Of a stretch of 64,000 bases of DNA, positions 37,240-49,269 are shown piece by piece. A program made the translations under genes and the position numbers. Positions within the stretch are counted from its first letter, which is position 1. Every line of letters begins with the position of its first letter. Source of the stretch: Chiloscyllium plagiosum (lineage: Eukaryota); assembly GCF_004010195.1 (NCBI RefSeq), contig NC_057740.1, positions 43,269,633 through 43,333,632 of the forward strand. Direction: 5' to 3'. The notes beneath the pieces were generated by a model. The model saw only the letters and a program-made list of their open reading frames with translations. It had not been told where the DNA came from and searched no databases.

Positions 37240-38360
37240 AAGTACTGCAGATACTGGAAATCTGAAACAAAGACAGAAATTTCTGGAGAACTCAGCAGGT
37301 CTGCCAGCATCTCTGGAGAGAAACATCAATATTTCAGGTCCAGTGACCCTCAGGACATTTCTGATGTAGAGTCACTGGATTTGAAATGTTAACTCTGCTT
37401 TTTCTCCATGCATGTTGCCAGGCTTGCTGTATTCTCCAGCAATTTCTGCACTTGGTCTGATGATGCCACCTTCCACTGGACTGCCTTCAACACTTCCTCC
37501 TTTATCCTCAAGCAAGGATTCACCCTCACTGTGGTTGTCAGAGTCCTCAACCATTGTCTGATTCACCTCCTACACAACCCTTCCCTCCTTTCCACCCCAC
37601 CTGTCTCCACATTCGAAGGAATGATTGCCATTTCTGACACCTCCAGCAAGATATCAAATACACCTTCTCCTCCCCTCCATTGTCAGCATTCCACAGAGAC
37701 TGTTCCCTTTCTGATACCCCCCTGTCACTCGTCTAGCACTCCTCAGACTTCCTCCCTTCCCCATGGCATCTTTCCATGCAATTGCAGCAAGTGTAACTCT
37801 TGCGTATTCACCTCCTCATGCCTCACTTTCCAAAACCCCAGTTGCAACTTCCAGGTGAAGCAGCATTTTATTTGAGCTTCTACTGCATTCACCTCTCACG
37901 ATGTAGTTTGCTTTACATTAGTGAGACCAAATGGAGCCTGAGTGACTGTTTTGCAGAACACTTCCACTCTGCCAGTTGCTTGCTGCTGTTTCATTAAGTC
38001 ACCTTGCTCTGGTGCTAACATCCAACCAGTGAAGCTCAACACAAACTCAAGGACCAGCATCTCATTTTCCACTGAGGCACTTCACAGGCTCAAGGACCCA
38101 ACATTGAGTCTCACAACTTCAGAGCATGACCTCTGACCTCCAGTTTGGTTACAACTCAATCACTCCTTTAGCCCAATGGTGTTCCTTTGGTTTTTTGCTG
38201 TGGACATTTCATAATCTGTTCCAATCGCTTCTCCTCCTACTCTGTCAATAACATGAAAGACAGCATTTCCCAACTCCTTCCATTTCTGAAAAAATGTCAT
38301 CTTGGAACTGAAACATGAACTCAGTTTCTCTTTTTACAGATGCTGCCAATGTGTTGAGTT
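37240..38360 (+). mobile_element. Old Penelope-like element with inverted pLTR at its left end
   Basis: Decayed FPCNCSKCNSC and YCIHLSRCSLLYISETKW..CFAEH. Inverted ends ctggagaactcagcagg / gctgtattctccagcaatttc; eroded hammerhead cores at about 37361 and 38286. Confidence 0.7.
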
Positions 38361-40114
38361 TAGAGTCATAGAGTCATAGAGATGTACAGCATGGAAACAG
38401 ACCCTTCAGTCCAACCTGTCCACACCGACCAGATATCCCAACCCAATCTAGTCCCACCTGCAGCAGACAGTTCGGTTAGGGACAATGTTTTCACACAGAG
38501 AGTGGTGCGTATGTGGAATGAGCTGCTAGAGGAAGTGGTGGAGGTCGGCACAGTTGCTGGTTTTATTTCAAGGGGCTTGTCAATCTGGATTATGTGTTCA
38601 AATTCTTTGAGCCCATGATTTTCTGGCTGAGAGGAATGAGTGCTCCTCCGGAGACATGGCTGGCAGTTTTAACCCTCAATGCACACTTTTGCACTGAAAC
38701 TGAGTTGAGTAGATGGGAAGCTGGTCATTGTTGGCAGATACATGGGAGCAGCTGTACAACAGTTACAGATCTGCTCTTTCACACAGCTTTATACACAGCT
38801 GTTGCAGGCTCGTTGATGATGGGGAGATGGAAGATGTAAATTCTCACACAAATTCCTCAACTTCCACAGAAGTATTCCAACCAAAGTGTTTACACCCTTT
38901 CTGTAAATCTCCACCTCCTGCTGCTGCAGTCAAATGGCAGCTGAAGTAACAAAAAGGCAGTGAGCCGTCTGGTGAAATGTTTCTCAGCATCAGAATGGCA
39001 GGAGGTCCCCATTCAGGACTGAACAGTTTCCAAGCACAGAAATGAGAGCCTGAAAGTTGCAGCTGTCTGCAACAGAGCAGATGGAAAATGAATAACAGCA
39101 GGGAACTGTGGCCCAAGGAGCAAGGTTCAAGAGCTGGCACTGTATTGAGGGGAGACTTAACCAGGATTGAAGCATGGTGACGAGGTTATTGCAGAGAAAC
39201 TATTTCAACTGATGGCGAGTTGGGTGGGATTGGGGGATGTCGTTAGGAAATGGCCAGAGCAAAAGGAAATCACCTTCTAATTGGAGCCAGGCTGCTCAGG
39301 GATGATGTCAGGAAGCACTTCCTCATACAGACCGGACTGGAAATCTGGCATTCACTCAGACTGGGGTTAGTTGGTTTTTGTCAGGAGTGAGACTGAAATT
39401 TTGTTGGGTTAGAATCACAAAATGGTTATAGTACAGAAAGAGGCCATTTAGCCATTGAATCTGTGCAAACCCTCCCAGGGAGCAGTGCCATTTACCATCA
39501 GTTCCCCGTAACCCTTCTCAAATAACTGTCTAATTCACTCAGGAGGGTCTCAATGGAAGCTGCCTCTGTCACACACTCAGGGGATGTGTTCCACACCCAA
39601 GCCACTCACTGTACGGAAATGTGTTTCCTCATGACCACAGTCTCCAGCACAAATCCAACCTGGAAAATTACCCGTCTGTCATTCTGTCCAGTGAGCAAGC
39701 AGCAACATGATGGAGGGGAAAGTTGACAGTGCTCAGCAAGAAGCTGCTCACTGACAGCCAGTTTGGGATCTGCCATTCACACAGCTCCTTCCCTCAGCAC
39801 AGCTTTCATCCAAACTGGGACATAGACCTGGATTCCAGATGGGAGGTGAAAGTGACGACCCTTGAAATCGAGTCAGGAGTGTGATAAAATACTCCCCACC
39901 TGCCTGGATGAGTGCAGCTCCAACAACACAAAAAAATCTTGACACCATCGAGGACAAAGCCCATTTGAATGGCACCAGACCCATTCTCTCCATGACCAAT
40001 GCTCAGTTGCAGCGCTGTGTACTATCTACAAGATGCACGTGTAGAAATTCATCAAAGATTATTAGACAGCATCCAAACCCACAAAAGCTTCTACCTAGAA
40101 GAACAAAGGCAGTA

Positions 40115-40677
40115 TCTCTGGGATACAAACACTAAACAACCTCACTGCCCCGTGGCCGAACACTTTGACTCCCCGTCCCACTCTGCCAAGGACATGCAGG
40201 TCCTGGGCCTCGTCCATCGCAGCTCCCAAACCACCCAGCACCTGGAGGAAGAACGCCTCATCTTCTGCCTCAGGTCCCTCCAACCACATGGGATCAATGT
40301 GGATTCCACCAGTTTCCCTATTCCCCCCCTCCTCCTGCACCTTAACCCAGATCCAACCCTCCAACTCAGCACTGCCCTCTTCAACTGTCCTACCTGTCCA
40401 TCTTCCTTCCCATCTATCCACTCCACCCTCCTCTCTGACCTATCACCATCATCCCCCCACCTTCATGTACCTATCACAATACCAGCTATTTTCCCCTAAC
40501 CCCACCCTCTCCCATTTATCTCTCAGCCTCCTTGGCCCAGCCCCTCATTCCTGATGAAGGGCTTATTCTCAAAGTGTTGATCCTCCTGCTCCTCAGATGC
40601 TGCCTGACCTGCTGTGCTTTTTCAGCACCACACTTTTCAACTCTGATCTCTAGCACCTTCAGTCCTCACTTTCTCCT
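40115..40677 (+). mobile_element. Penelope 3' fragment (GIY-YIG C-terminus + pLTR, eroded hammerhead at 40551)
   Basis: PVAEHFDSPSHSAKDMQVLGL..LEEERLIF.L.SLQPHGINVD; nested in the L2-like LINE spanning 39870-41590. Confidence 0.85.
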
Positions 40678-40689
40678 CGCAGATACATA

Positions 40690-41390
40690 AGGCCTTAAGA
40701 TATAAAAGCAGAATTTAGGCCATTCAGCCCATCGGGTCTGTTCTGCCATTCGGTCATGGCTGATAAGTTTCTCTCCCATTCTCCTGCTTTCTCCCTGTAA
40801 CCCTTGATCCCCTTGATACTCAAGAACCTATCCACCTTTGTCTTAAATACACTCAATGACCCGGCCTCCACAGCCTTCTGTGGCAATGAATTTCATGTAT
40901 TCCCCACTCTCTGGCTGAAGACATTTCTCCTTATCTCCATTCTAAAGGGTCTTCCCTTTACTCGAAGGCTGTGCCCTTCGGTCCTAGTCTCTCCGACCAA
41001 TGGAAACATCTTGCCAACATCCACTCTGTCCAGGCCATTGTGTATTCTGTAAGTTTCAATTAGATCCCCCCTCATCCTTCCAAACCTCATCGAATGTGGA
41101 CCCAGAATCCTCAAATATTCCTCATACGTTGAGCTTTTCATTCCTGGGACCATTCTGGTGAACCTCCTCTGAACACACTCCAGGGCCAGTACATCCTTCC
41201 TGCGATATGGGGCCCAAACTGTACAGGATATTCCAAATGTGGTCTGACCAGAGCCTTATAGAGCCTCAGAAGTACATCCTGCTTTTACATTCAAGTCCCC
41301 TCAAAATAAGTGCCATCATTGTATTTGACTTCCTAACTACTGACTCAACCTGCAAGTTTACCTTAACAGAATCCTGGGCTAGAACTCCCA
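40690..41390 (-). mobile_element. CR1 3' fragment
   Basis: MRGDLIETYRIHNGLDRVDVGKMFPL...NVFSQRV. Confidence 0.85.
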
Positions 41391-42298
41391 GCACCCCTGC
41401 ACGTTCCTCTCCAAGCCACTCACCATCCTAACTTGGAAATATATCGCCATTCCTTCATTGTGGCTGGGTCAAAATCCTTGAACTCCCTCCCTCAGGGCAT
41501 TGTGGGTCAACCTACAAGGGGGCAACTAGGGACGGGCAATAAATGCTGGGCCCAGCCAGCAACACCCACATCCTGTGAGCGAATAAAAAAATGTTACAAC
41601 TGCTTCTTTTACAAATCACCTCAAATCTCTCCCCCCTTGTTCTTGATCCTTGGGCCAATGGGAACAGTCTCTCTCCATCTACTCTGCCGAGATCCCTGAG
41701 AATTTTGATCACCTCTCAACCTTCTCTTCTGCACTGTGAACTGGCGCAGCTTTTCCAACAACCCCACATCACTGAAGGCGTTTTCTGTACCCTCTCCATC
41801 CAATGTTGTGCTGTCCTCCCTTCACTGTGATGCCGAGACCTGAATATAACGGTGTGGTGGAGGCTGAATCAGTATCCGTTACAGGCTTAAAATCACTTCC
41901 TTGCCCCGAATAACAAAGCCCAGATTATTGTCAACTTTGTTGATAGTGTTCCCAACCTGTCCTGACACACTAATGATCTCTGCACATCTCCATCCAGCTC
42001 CCACTGCACCTGAACCCGCTGTAAAACTGTGCCCTATATTTTGTATTTTCTCTCCATACTTTATGCAAAAATAAATTACGTCAGGCTTGTTTGCATTAAA
42101 TTTTCATCTGCCTCTTGTCTATCCTTTCCGCCAACCTGTCCATACCCTCTTGCAGTTCAAAAACCGAAATCACTGGAGAAACTCAGCAGGTCTGGCAACA
42201 TTTGTGTGAAGGAAGCAGAGTTAACGTTTCTAATTCAGTTTCTGGATTAGTGGTGCTGGAAGAGCACAGCAATTCAGGCAGCATCCGAGGACAGGCAA

Positions 42299-42334
42299 AA
42301 TCGACGTTTCGGGCAAAAGCCCTTCATCAGGAAT
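42299..42334 (-). ncRNA. Minimal hammerhead motif (family A)
   Basis: Minus strand ATTC-CTGATGA-A-GGGC-TTTT-GCCC-GAA-ACGT-C-GATT. Confidence 0.8.
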
Positions 42335-43738
42335 AAAGGCAGAGAGCCTGAAGCGTGGAGAGATAAGCTAGAGGAGGGTAGGGGTGGGGAGAGAGTGGCA
42401 TAGAGTACAATAGGTAAGTGGGGAAGGAGATGAAGGTGATAGGTCAGGGAGGAGAGGGTGGAGTGGATAGGTGGAAAAGGAGCTGGGCAGGTCGGACAAG
42501 TCCGGACAGGTCAGGGGACCGAGTTTCTGGAGGTTAGAAGCTAGGATGAGGTGGGGGAAGGGGAAATGAGGAAACTGTTAAAATCCACATTGATGCCCTG
42601 GGGTTGAAGTGTTCCGAGGCGGAAGATGAGGCGTTCTTCCTCCAGGCGTCTGGTGGTGAAGGAGCGGCGGTGGAGGAGGCCCAGCACCTCCATATCCTCG
42701 GCAGAGTGAGAGGGGGAGTTGAAATGTTGNNNNNNNNNNNNNNNNNNNNNNNNNNNNNNNNNNNNNNNNNNNNNNNNNNNNNNNNNNNNNNNNNNNNNNN
42801 NNNNNNNNNNNNNNNNNNNNNNNNNNNNNNNNNNNNNNNNNNNNNNNNNNNNNNNNNNNNNNNNNNNNNNNNNNNNNNNNNNNNNNNNNNNNNNNNNNNN
42901 NNNNNNNNNNNNNNNNNNNNNNNNNNNNNNNNNNNNNNNNNNNNNNNNNNNNNNNNNNNNNNNNNNNNNNNNNNNNNNNNNNNNNNNNNNNNNNNNNNNN
43001 NNNNNNNNNNNNNNNNNNNNNNNNNNNNNNNNNNNNNNNNNNNNNNNNNNNNNNNNNNNNNNNNNNNNNNNNNNNNNNNNNNNNNNNNNNNNNNNNNNNN
43101 NNNNNNNNNNNNNNNNNNNNNNNNNNNNNNNNNNNNNNNNNNNNNNNNNNNNNNNNNNNNNNNNNNNNNNNNNNNNNNNNNNNNNNNNNNNNNNNNNNNN
43201 NNNNNNNNNNNNNNNNNNNNNNNNNNNNNNNNNNNNNNNNNNNNNNNNNNNNNNNNNNNNNNNNNNNNNNNNNNNNNNNNNNNNNNNNNNNNNNNNNNNN
43301 NNNNNNNNNNNNNNNNNNNNNNNNNNNNNNNNNNNNNNNNNNNNNNNNNNNNNNNNNNNNNNNNNNNNNNNNNNNNNNNNNNNNNNNNNNNNNNNNNNNN
43401 NNNNNNNNNNNNNNNNNNNNNNNNNNNNNNNNNNNNNNNNNNNNNNNNNNNNNNNNNNNNNNNNNNNNNNNNNNNNNNNNNNNNNNNNNNNNNNNNNNNN
43501 NNNNNNNNNNNNNNNNNNNNNNNNNNNNNNNNNNNNNNNNNNNNNNNNNNNNNNNNNNNNNNNNNNNNNNNNNNNNNNNNNNNNNNNNNNNNNNNNNNNN
43601 NNNNNNNNNNNNNNNNNNNNNNNNNNNNNNNNNNNNNNNNNNNNNNNNNNNNNNNNNNNNNNNNNNNNNNNNNNNNNNNNNNNNCCCACCCCCACCCTCC
43701 TCTAGCTTATCTCTCCACGCTTCAGGCTCTCTGCCTTT

Positions 43739-43774
43739 ATTCCTGATGAAGGGCTTTTGCCCGAAACGTCGATT
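43739..43774 (+). ncRNA. Minimal hammerhead motif (family A)
   Basis: ATTC-CTGATGA-A-GGGC-TTTT-GCCC-GAA-ACGT-C-GATT. Confidence 0.8.
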
Positions 43775-44539
43775 TCGCTGCTCCTTGGATGCTGCCTGAC
43801 CTGCTGTGCTCTTCTAGTACCACTAATCCAGAATCTGGTTTCCAGCATCTGTAGTCATTGTTCATACCTCGTTGTTTCTAATTCAGTGACTGATGGCGCT
43901 AACGGGTTTCTCTCCACAGACACTGCCAGACTGGCTGTTTTGCTATCAGGTCTCCAGTACCCGCAGTCCTCTATATCCCCAGGCACACAGCGAGCAGTGA
44001 AAGCGGTGACCCAAGTATGATCTGTTCCTGGGAACAGCACAGACGGACCCAGTGAGGGTGGCCCGGTTTTGCATTCTCAGTTTCACTGACAGAGGATTCT
44101 GAAATCAATCAGGGCGAGCAAATAAAGTTAGCAAAAAAAACGTCCGAGGCAGAGATGTTGATACATGTAACAGGAAAAATAATGCGGGAAATGTTCAGCC
44201 CAGACCATGTTCAGCCGCCTCCTTCTCGCATTCCTGAATGTGTGTGTGAATGTGAGAGAGAGGGTTCTCAGACTCTCACTCTGACTCTGTGTGTGTCAGA
44301 GAGAGAGCTAAGACTCTGCCCTGACTGTGAGAGAGAGAGCCTGGACCTCTCTCTCTCCCGACTCTGTCTGAGTGTCTAAGAGAGACTCCGGTCCCGCTCT
44401 GTGTGTGTGTGTGTGTGTGAGAGAGAGGGGGGGGTTCTCAGACTCTTCCTGTGTGTGAGAGAGCCAAGACCCCACTGTCTCTGCTTCTTTCTCTCAAACT
44501 GTGTGTGTCTGTGTGTGTGTGTGTGAGAGAGAGCTGGGA

Positions 44540-47500
44540 GCCGCTGCCTCTCTCTCTCTCCTGACTGTGTGTGTGTCTCTCTCTCCTGGTTGTTTGTTTG
44601 TGTCTGTGAGAATGTCGCCCTCTCGCCTGAGTGTGTGTCTGTCTGTGAGAGTGTCTCTCTCTCCTGAAACTGCCTCGCACTCTCTCCTGACTGTGTGTGA
44701 AAGTGTCTCTCCCTCCCTCTCCTGACTGTGTCTGTGAGAGTGTCTCTCCCTCTCTCTCCTGACTGTGTGTCTGTGAGAGTGTCTCTCCTGACTGTGTGTC
44801 TGAGAGTATCTCTCCTGACCATGTGTCTGTGAGAATCTCTCCTGACCGTGTGTCTGTGAGTATCTCTCCCTGTCTCTCCTGACTGTGTGTCTGTGAGATT
44901 ATCTCTCCTGACTGTGTGTCTGTGAAAGTGTCTCTCCCTCCCTCTCCTGACTGTGTGTCTGTGAGAGTATCTCTCCCTCCCTCTCCTGACCGTGTGTCTG
45001 TGAGTATCTCTCCCTGTCTCTCCTGACTGTGTGTCTGTGAGATTATCTCTCCTGACTGTGTGTCTGTGAGAGTATCTCTCCCTCTCTCTACTGACCGTGT
45101 GTCTGTGAGAGTATCTCTCCTGACCGTGTGCCTGTGAGAGTGTCTCTCCCTCTCTCTCTCCTGACTGTGTGTCTGTGAGAGTAGCTCTCCTGACTGTGTG
45201 TCTGTGAGAGTATCTCTCCCTCTCTCTCCCGACTGTGTGTCTGTGGGAGTGTCTCTCCCCCTCTCTCCCGACTGTGTGTCTGTGAGAGTAGCTCTCCCAC
45301 TGTCTCCTGACTGTGTCTGTGGGAGTGTCTCTCCCTCTCTCTCCTGACTGTGTGTCTGTGAGAGTGTCTCTCCCTCCCTCTCTCTCCTGTGTGTCTGTGA
45401 GAGTGTCTCTCCCTCTCTCTCCTGACTGTCTGTGAGAGTGTCTCTCCCTCTCCCTCCTGACTGTGTGTATGTGAGATATCTCTCCCTCTCTCTCCTGACG
45501 TATGTGAGATATCTCTCCCTCTCTCTCCTGACTGTGTGTCTGTGAGAGTGTCTCTCCCTCTCTCTCCTGACTGTGTGTCTGTGAGAGTGTCTCTCCCTCT
45601 GTCTCCTAACTGTTTGTCTGTGAGAGTGTCTCTCCCTCTCTCTCCTGACTGTGTGTCTGTGAGAGTGTCTCTCCCTCTCCCTCCTGACCGTGTGTCTGTG
45701 AGAGTGTCTCTCCCTCTCTCTCCTGACTGTGTGCCTGTGAGAGTATCTCTCTCTCTCTCCTGTGTGTCTGTGAGAGTGTCTTTCTCTCTCCTGACTGTGT
45801 GTCTGTGAGTGTCTCTCCCTCTCTCTCCTGACTGTGTGTCTGTGAGAGTGTCTCTCCCTCTCTCTCCTAACTGTGTGTCTGTGAGAGTGTCTCTCCCTCT
45901 CTCTCCTGACTGTGTGTCTGTGAGAGTCTCTCCCTCTCTCTCCTGACCGTGTGCCTGTGAGAGTGTCTCTCCCTATCTCTCCTGACTGTGTGTCTGTGAG
46001 AGTGTCTCTCCCTCTCCTGACTGTGTGTCTGTGAGAGTGTCTCTCCCTCTCTCCCCTGTCTGTGTGTCTGTGAGAGTGTCTCTCCCTCTCTCTCCTGACC
46101 GTGTGCCTCTGAGAGTGTCTCTCCCTCTCTCTCGTGACTGTGTGTCTGTGAGAGTGTCTCTCCCTCTCTCCCCTGACTGTGTGTCTGTGAGAGTGTCTCT
46201 CCCTCTCTCTCCTGACTGTGTGTCTGTGAGAGTGTCTCTCCCTCTCTCCCCTGACTGTGTGTCTGTGAGAGTATCTCTCCCTCTCTCTCATGACTGTGTG
46301 TCTGTGAGAGTATCTCTCTCTCTCTCTCCTGACTGTGTGTCTGTGAGAGTATCTCTCCCTCTCTCTCCTGACTGTGTGTCTGTGAGAGTGTCTCTCCCTC
46401 TCTCCAGACTGTGTGTCTGTGAGAGTGTCTCTCCCTCTCTCTCCTGACTGTGTGTCTGTGAGAGTGTCTCTCCCTCTCTCTCCTGACTGTGTGTCTGTGA
46501 GAGTGTCTCTCCCTCTCTCCCCTGACTGTGTGTCTGTGAGAGTGTCTCTCCCTCTCTCTCCTGACTGTGTGTCTGTGAGAGTATCTCTCCCTCTCTCTCC
46601 TGACTGTGTGTCTGTGAGTGTCTCTCTCTCTCTCTCCTGACTGTGTGTCTGTGAGAGTGTCTCTCCCTCTCTCTCCTGACTGTGTGTCTGTGAGAGTGTC
46701 TCTCCCTCTCTCCCCTGACTGTGTCTGTGAGAGTATCTCTCCCTCTCTCTCCTGACTGTGTGTCTGTGAGTGTCTCTCTCTCTCTCTCCTGACTGTGTGT
46801 CTGTGAGAGTGTCTCTCCGTCTCTCTCCTGACTGTGTGTCTGTGAGAGTGTCTCTCCCTCTCTCTCCTGACTGTGTGTATGTGAGAGAGTCTCTCCCTCT
46901 CTCCCCTGACTGTGTGTCTGTGAGAGTGTCTCTCCCTCTCTCTCCTGACTGTGTGTCTGTGAGAGTGTCTCTCCCTCTCTCCCCTGACTGTGTGTCTGTG
47001 AGAGTATCTCTCCCTCTCTCTCCTGACTGTGTGTCTGTGAGTGTCTCTCTCTCTCTCTCCTGACTGTGTGTCTGTGAGAGTGTCTCTCCGTCTCTCTCCT
47101 GACTGTGTGTCTGTGAGAGTGTCTCTCCCTCTCTCTCCTGACTGTGTGTATGTGAGAGAGTCTCTCCCTCTCTCCCCTGACTGTGTGTCTGTGAGAGTAT
47201 CTCTCCCTCTCTCTCCTGACTGTGAGTCTGTGAGAGAGTCTCTCCCTCTCTCTCCTGACTGTGTGTCTGTGAGAGTCTTTCCCTCTCTCTCCTGACTGTG
47301 TGTCTGTGAGTGTCTCTCCCTCTCTCTCCTGACTGTGTGTCTGTGAGAGAGTCTTTCCCTCTCTCTCCTGACTGTGTCTGTGAGAGTATCTCTCTCTCTC
47401 CTGACTGTGTGTCTGTGAGTGTCTCTCCCTCTCTCTCCTGACTGTGTCTGTGAGAGTGTCTCTCCCTCTCTCTCCTGACTGTGTGTCTGTGAGAGTGTCT

Positions 47501-47595
47501 CTCCCTCTCTCCCCCCTGACTGTGTGTCTGTGAGAGTGTCTCTCCCTCTCTCTCCTGACTGTGTGTCTGTGAGAGTGTCTCTCCCTCTCTCTCCT
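44540..47595 (+). repeat. About 3-kb 39-bp minisatellite (CTGACTGTGTGTCTGTGAGAGTGTCTCTCCCTCTCTCTC)n
   Basis: About 75-80 units; the 13-aa periodicity in the ORF track confirms 39 bp. It degrades leftwards into TG/GA microsatellites from about 44240. Confidence 0.97.
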
Positions 47596-47712
47596 GTTTG
47601 GCTGTCGGGTAATGGGTGATTAATTCGCCAAATGACATCAGCGGCTGTGCTGGGGAGTGTGGAGCTGATCAGTCACAGAGCTGAGAGCTTTCACTGAGGG
47701 ACAGCTCCGCTG

Positions 47713-48225
47713 ATGAAGCCCAAGTATGGTCGCTTTCGGAGTGAGTCGGTGACCAGCTCGGGGAGCGGCTTTCTGCACGGCCTGGCCATGAGCGGCCAGC
47801 TCGGTGCCGCTTCTGTGGCCGAAGAGCCGGAGGATTCCACCACCTTCTGCACCCTCATTCCCAGGATCCCGCACTGGAAGTTCTCGGCGTCTCCGGGCTC
47901 GGGGTTTTTGGGAGGCAGGAGCCCAGCCAAGGGTCAGCCTCCCGGCCGCGCTGGGGGTCTCGGGGCAGCCCCCGGGGCAGCCCCCGGGGGTCCGGCTCCC
48001 GCTCTGCCCGCTGTCCTGGGATCCTGTGACTCGCTGTGCCCCCCTCCCTGCTCGGTGCAGGCTACGGGCCGGCCGCCGGCCGGAGGGAGGAGGCTCCGGG
48101 TGGAAGGAGTCCGCTTGGCCGGAGGGGAATGCAATCGCAAAGGCAGCTTCATCAACAAACCATCAGGAGGCTGGCTGCACCCAGACACCAGGATCCTGGG
48201 CCCGGGGGTCTCCTACATCGTCCGC
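47713..48225 (+). CDS. SHC2: SHC2 (ShcB/Sck) exon 1
   Basis: In-frame TGA at 47695 precedes ATG 47713. TTFCTLIPRIPHWKFSASPG, PALPAVLGSCDSLCPPPC and RKGSFINKPSGGWLHPDTRILGPGVSYIVR match recalled SHC2. Phase-0 donor GTGAGT at 48226. CpG-rich. Confidence 0.93.
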
Positions 48226-48235
48226 GTGAGTAACA

Positions 48236-48590
48236 CGGGCAGTGGGCTCTGGGCAGTGGGCTGTGGTCTCTGGGCATGGCTCTGGGCAGTGGGCTCTGGG
48301 CAGTGGGCACTAGGCATGGCTCTGGGCTGTGGGCACTGGGCTGTGGGCACTGGGCATGGCACTGGGCAGTGGGCTCTGGGCAGTGGGCTCTGGGCAGTGG
48401 GCTCTGGGTATGGCTCTGGGCAGTGGGCAGCTCTGGGCAGTGGGCTCTGGGCTGTGGGCTCTGGGCAGTGGGCATGGCACTGGGCTCTGGGCAGTGGGCT
48501 CTGGGCTGTGGGTATGGCTCTGGGCATGGCACTGAGCTGTGGGCACTAGGCATGGCACTGGGCTGTGGGCACTGGGCTGTGGGCACTGGA
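48236..48590 (+). repeat. G-rich 7-bp repeat (TGGGCAG/TGGGCTC/TGGGCAC)
   Basis: About 50 heptamer units starting 10 nt into SHC2 intron 1. Confidence 0.92.
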
Positions 48591-49269
48591 TGCTACACTC
48601 AGCCCCCATGCAGCTGCTGGGGTCGGAGGACGGGGGCTACTCTCAAGCCCTACCCAGTCTCCTGTCCATTCACTGCCCACAACAAGCTGGGGTGGACTAT
48701 AGCCGGGTCCCTGCACAGGGGAGGCCAGGGGCACAGGGCAGGTCTCAAACCAGTTGTGTTGTTGGGAACTCAGTCATTGTTGGAATGTGTCAGACAGGGG
48801 CGTATCATTGAGAAAGAGGAAGTAATAGACTCGTTAGACCCTGACATCTGCTGTGGTCATGCTATTAGAATCTATAACTGAATTACTTTATGAGAATGTT
48901 ATTAGCATCTATAATATAGGAGAGAGATGTTGATCACTGACAGAAGCTGCTGCAGTTTTGAGAAAGAGGGAGTTTGTAAAGGTTAGGTCTCTCCCAAACT
49001 TGATTGAAGTTTTGCAGGAAGCAACAGGTGGAGTGTTCAGGTAAATATTGCTGGATGCAGTTTGTATGAACGTCAAGAAAGCATTTAATTCAATAATGTT
49101 GAATGTGTACAGCAGAGAAACAGGCAATTCAGCCCATACCATGGAGTAGATGCTTGTAGGGATGTTCCTTCCCATAGAGGTCTCTGGAACTATGGGGACT
49201 AGCAGAGAGTAGATCTGTTGGTTATGGGATCAATTAGATCTGTCTAACACTTGCTGTTTATGATGTTTG

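Larger units (their letters stand above)
42240..43870. mobile_element. Young Penelope insertion with inverted (tail-to-tail) pLTRs; middle hidden by gap 42730-43683
   Basis: Minus-strand GIY-YIG end (HFNSPSHSAEDMEVLGLL..LEEERLIFRLGTLQPQGINVDF) and an inverted pLTR copy on the plus strand. 14-bp duplication GTTTCTAATTCAGT (42226-42239 / 43874-43887). Confidence 0.88.

Noticed and set aside
38594-39175. Cluster of short ORFs in non-repetitive sequence
   Set aside because: No recognisable domain or consistent exon structure.
42541-43746. Long ORFs spanning X runs (also 3021-3790, 25548-26563, 21121-21479)
   Set aside because: Artefacts of N gaps.
44438-47638. 1066-aa minus-strand ORF head-to-head with SHC2
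   Set aside because: It is the 39-bp minisatellite. The minus-strand unit has T almost only before C, so it is stop-free in all frames, and the translation drifts among three repeat frames, which indicates no coding constraint.
48236-48590. Immunoglobulin switch-region-like GGGCT repeats
   Set aside because: There are no Ig segments nearby, AGCT motifs are scarce and the array lies in an SHC2 intron; the similarity is compositional.
48226-48881. W/A/L/G-rich ORFs, including the tail of the 278-aa ORF
   Set aside because: Read-through past the GTGAGT donor into the 7-bp intronic repeat.
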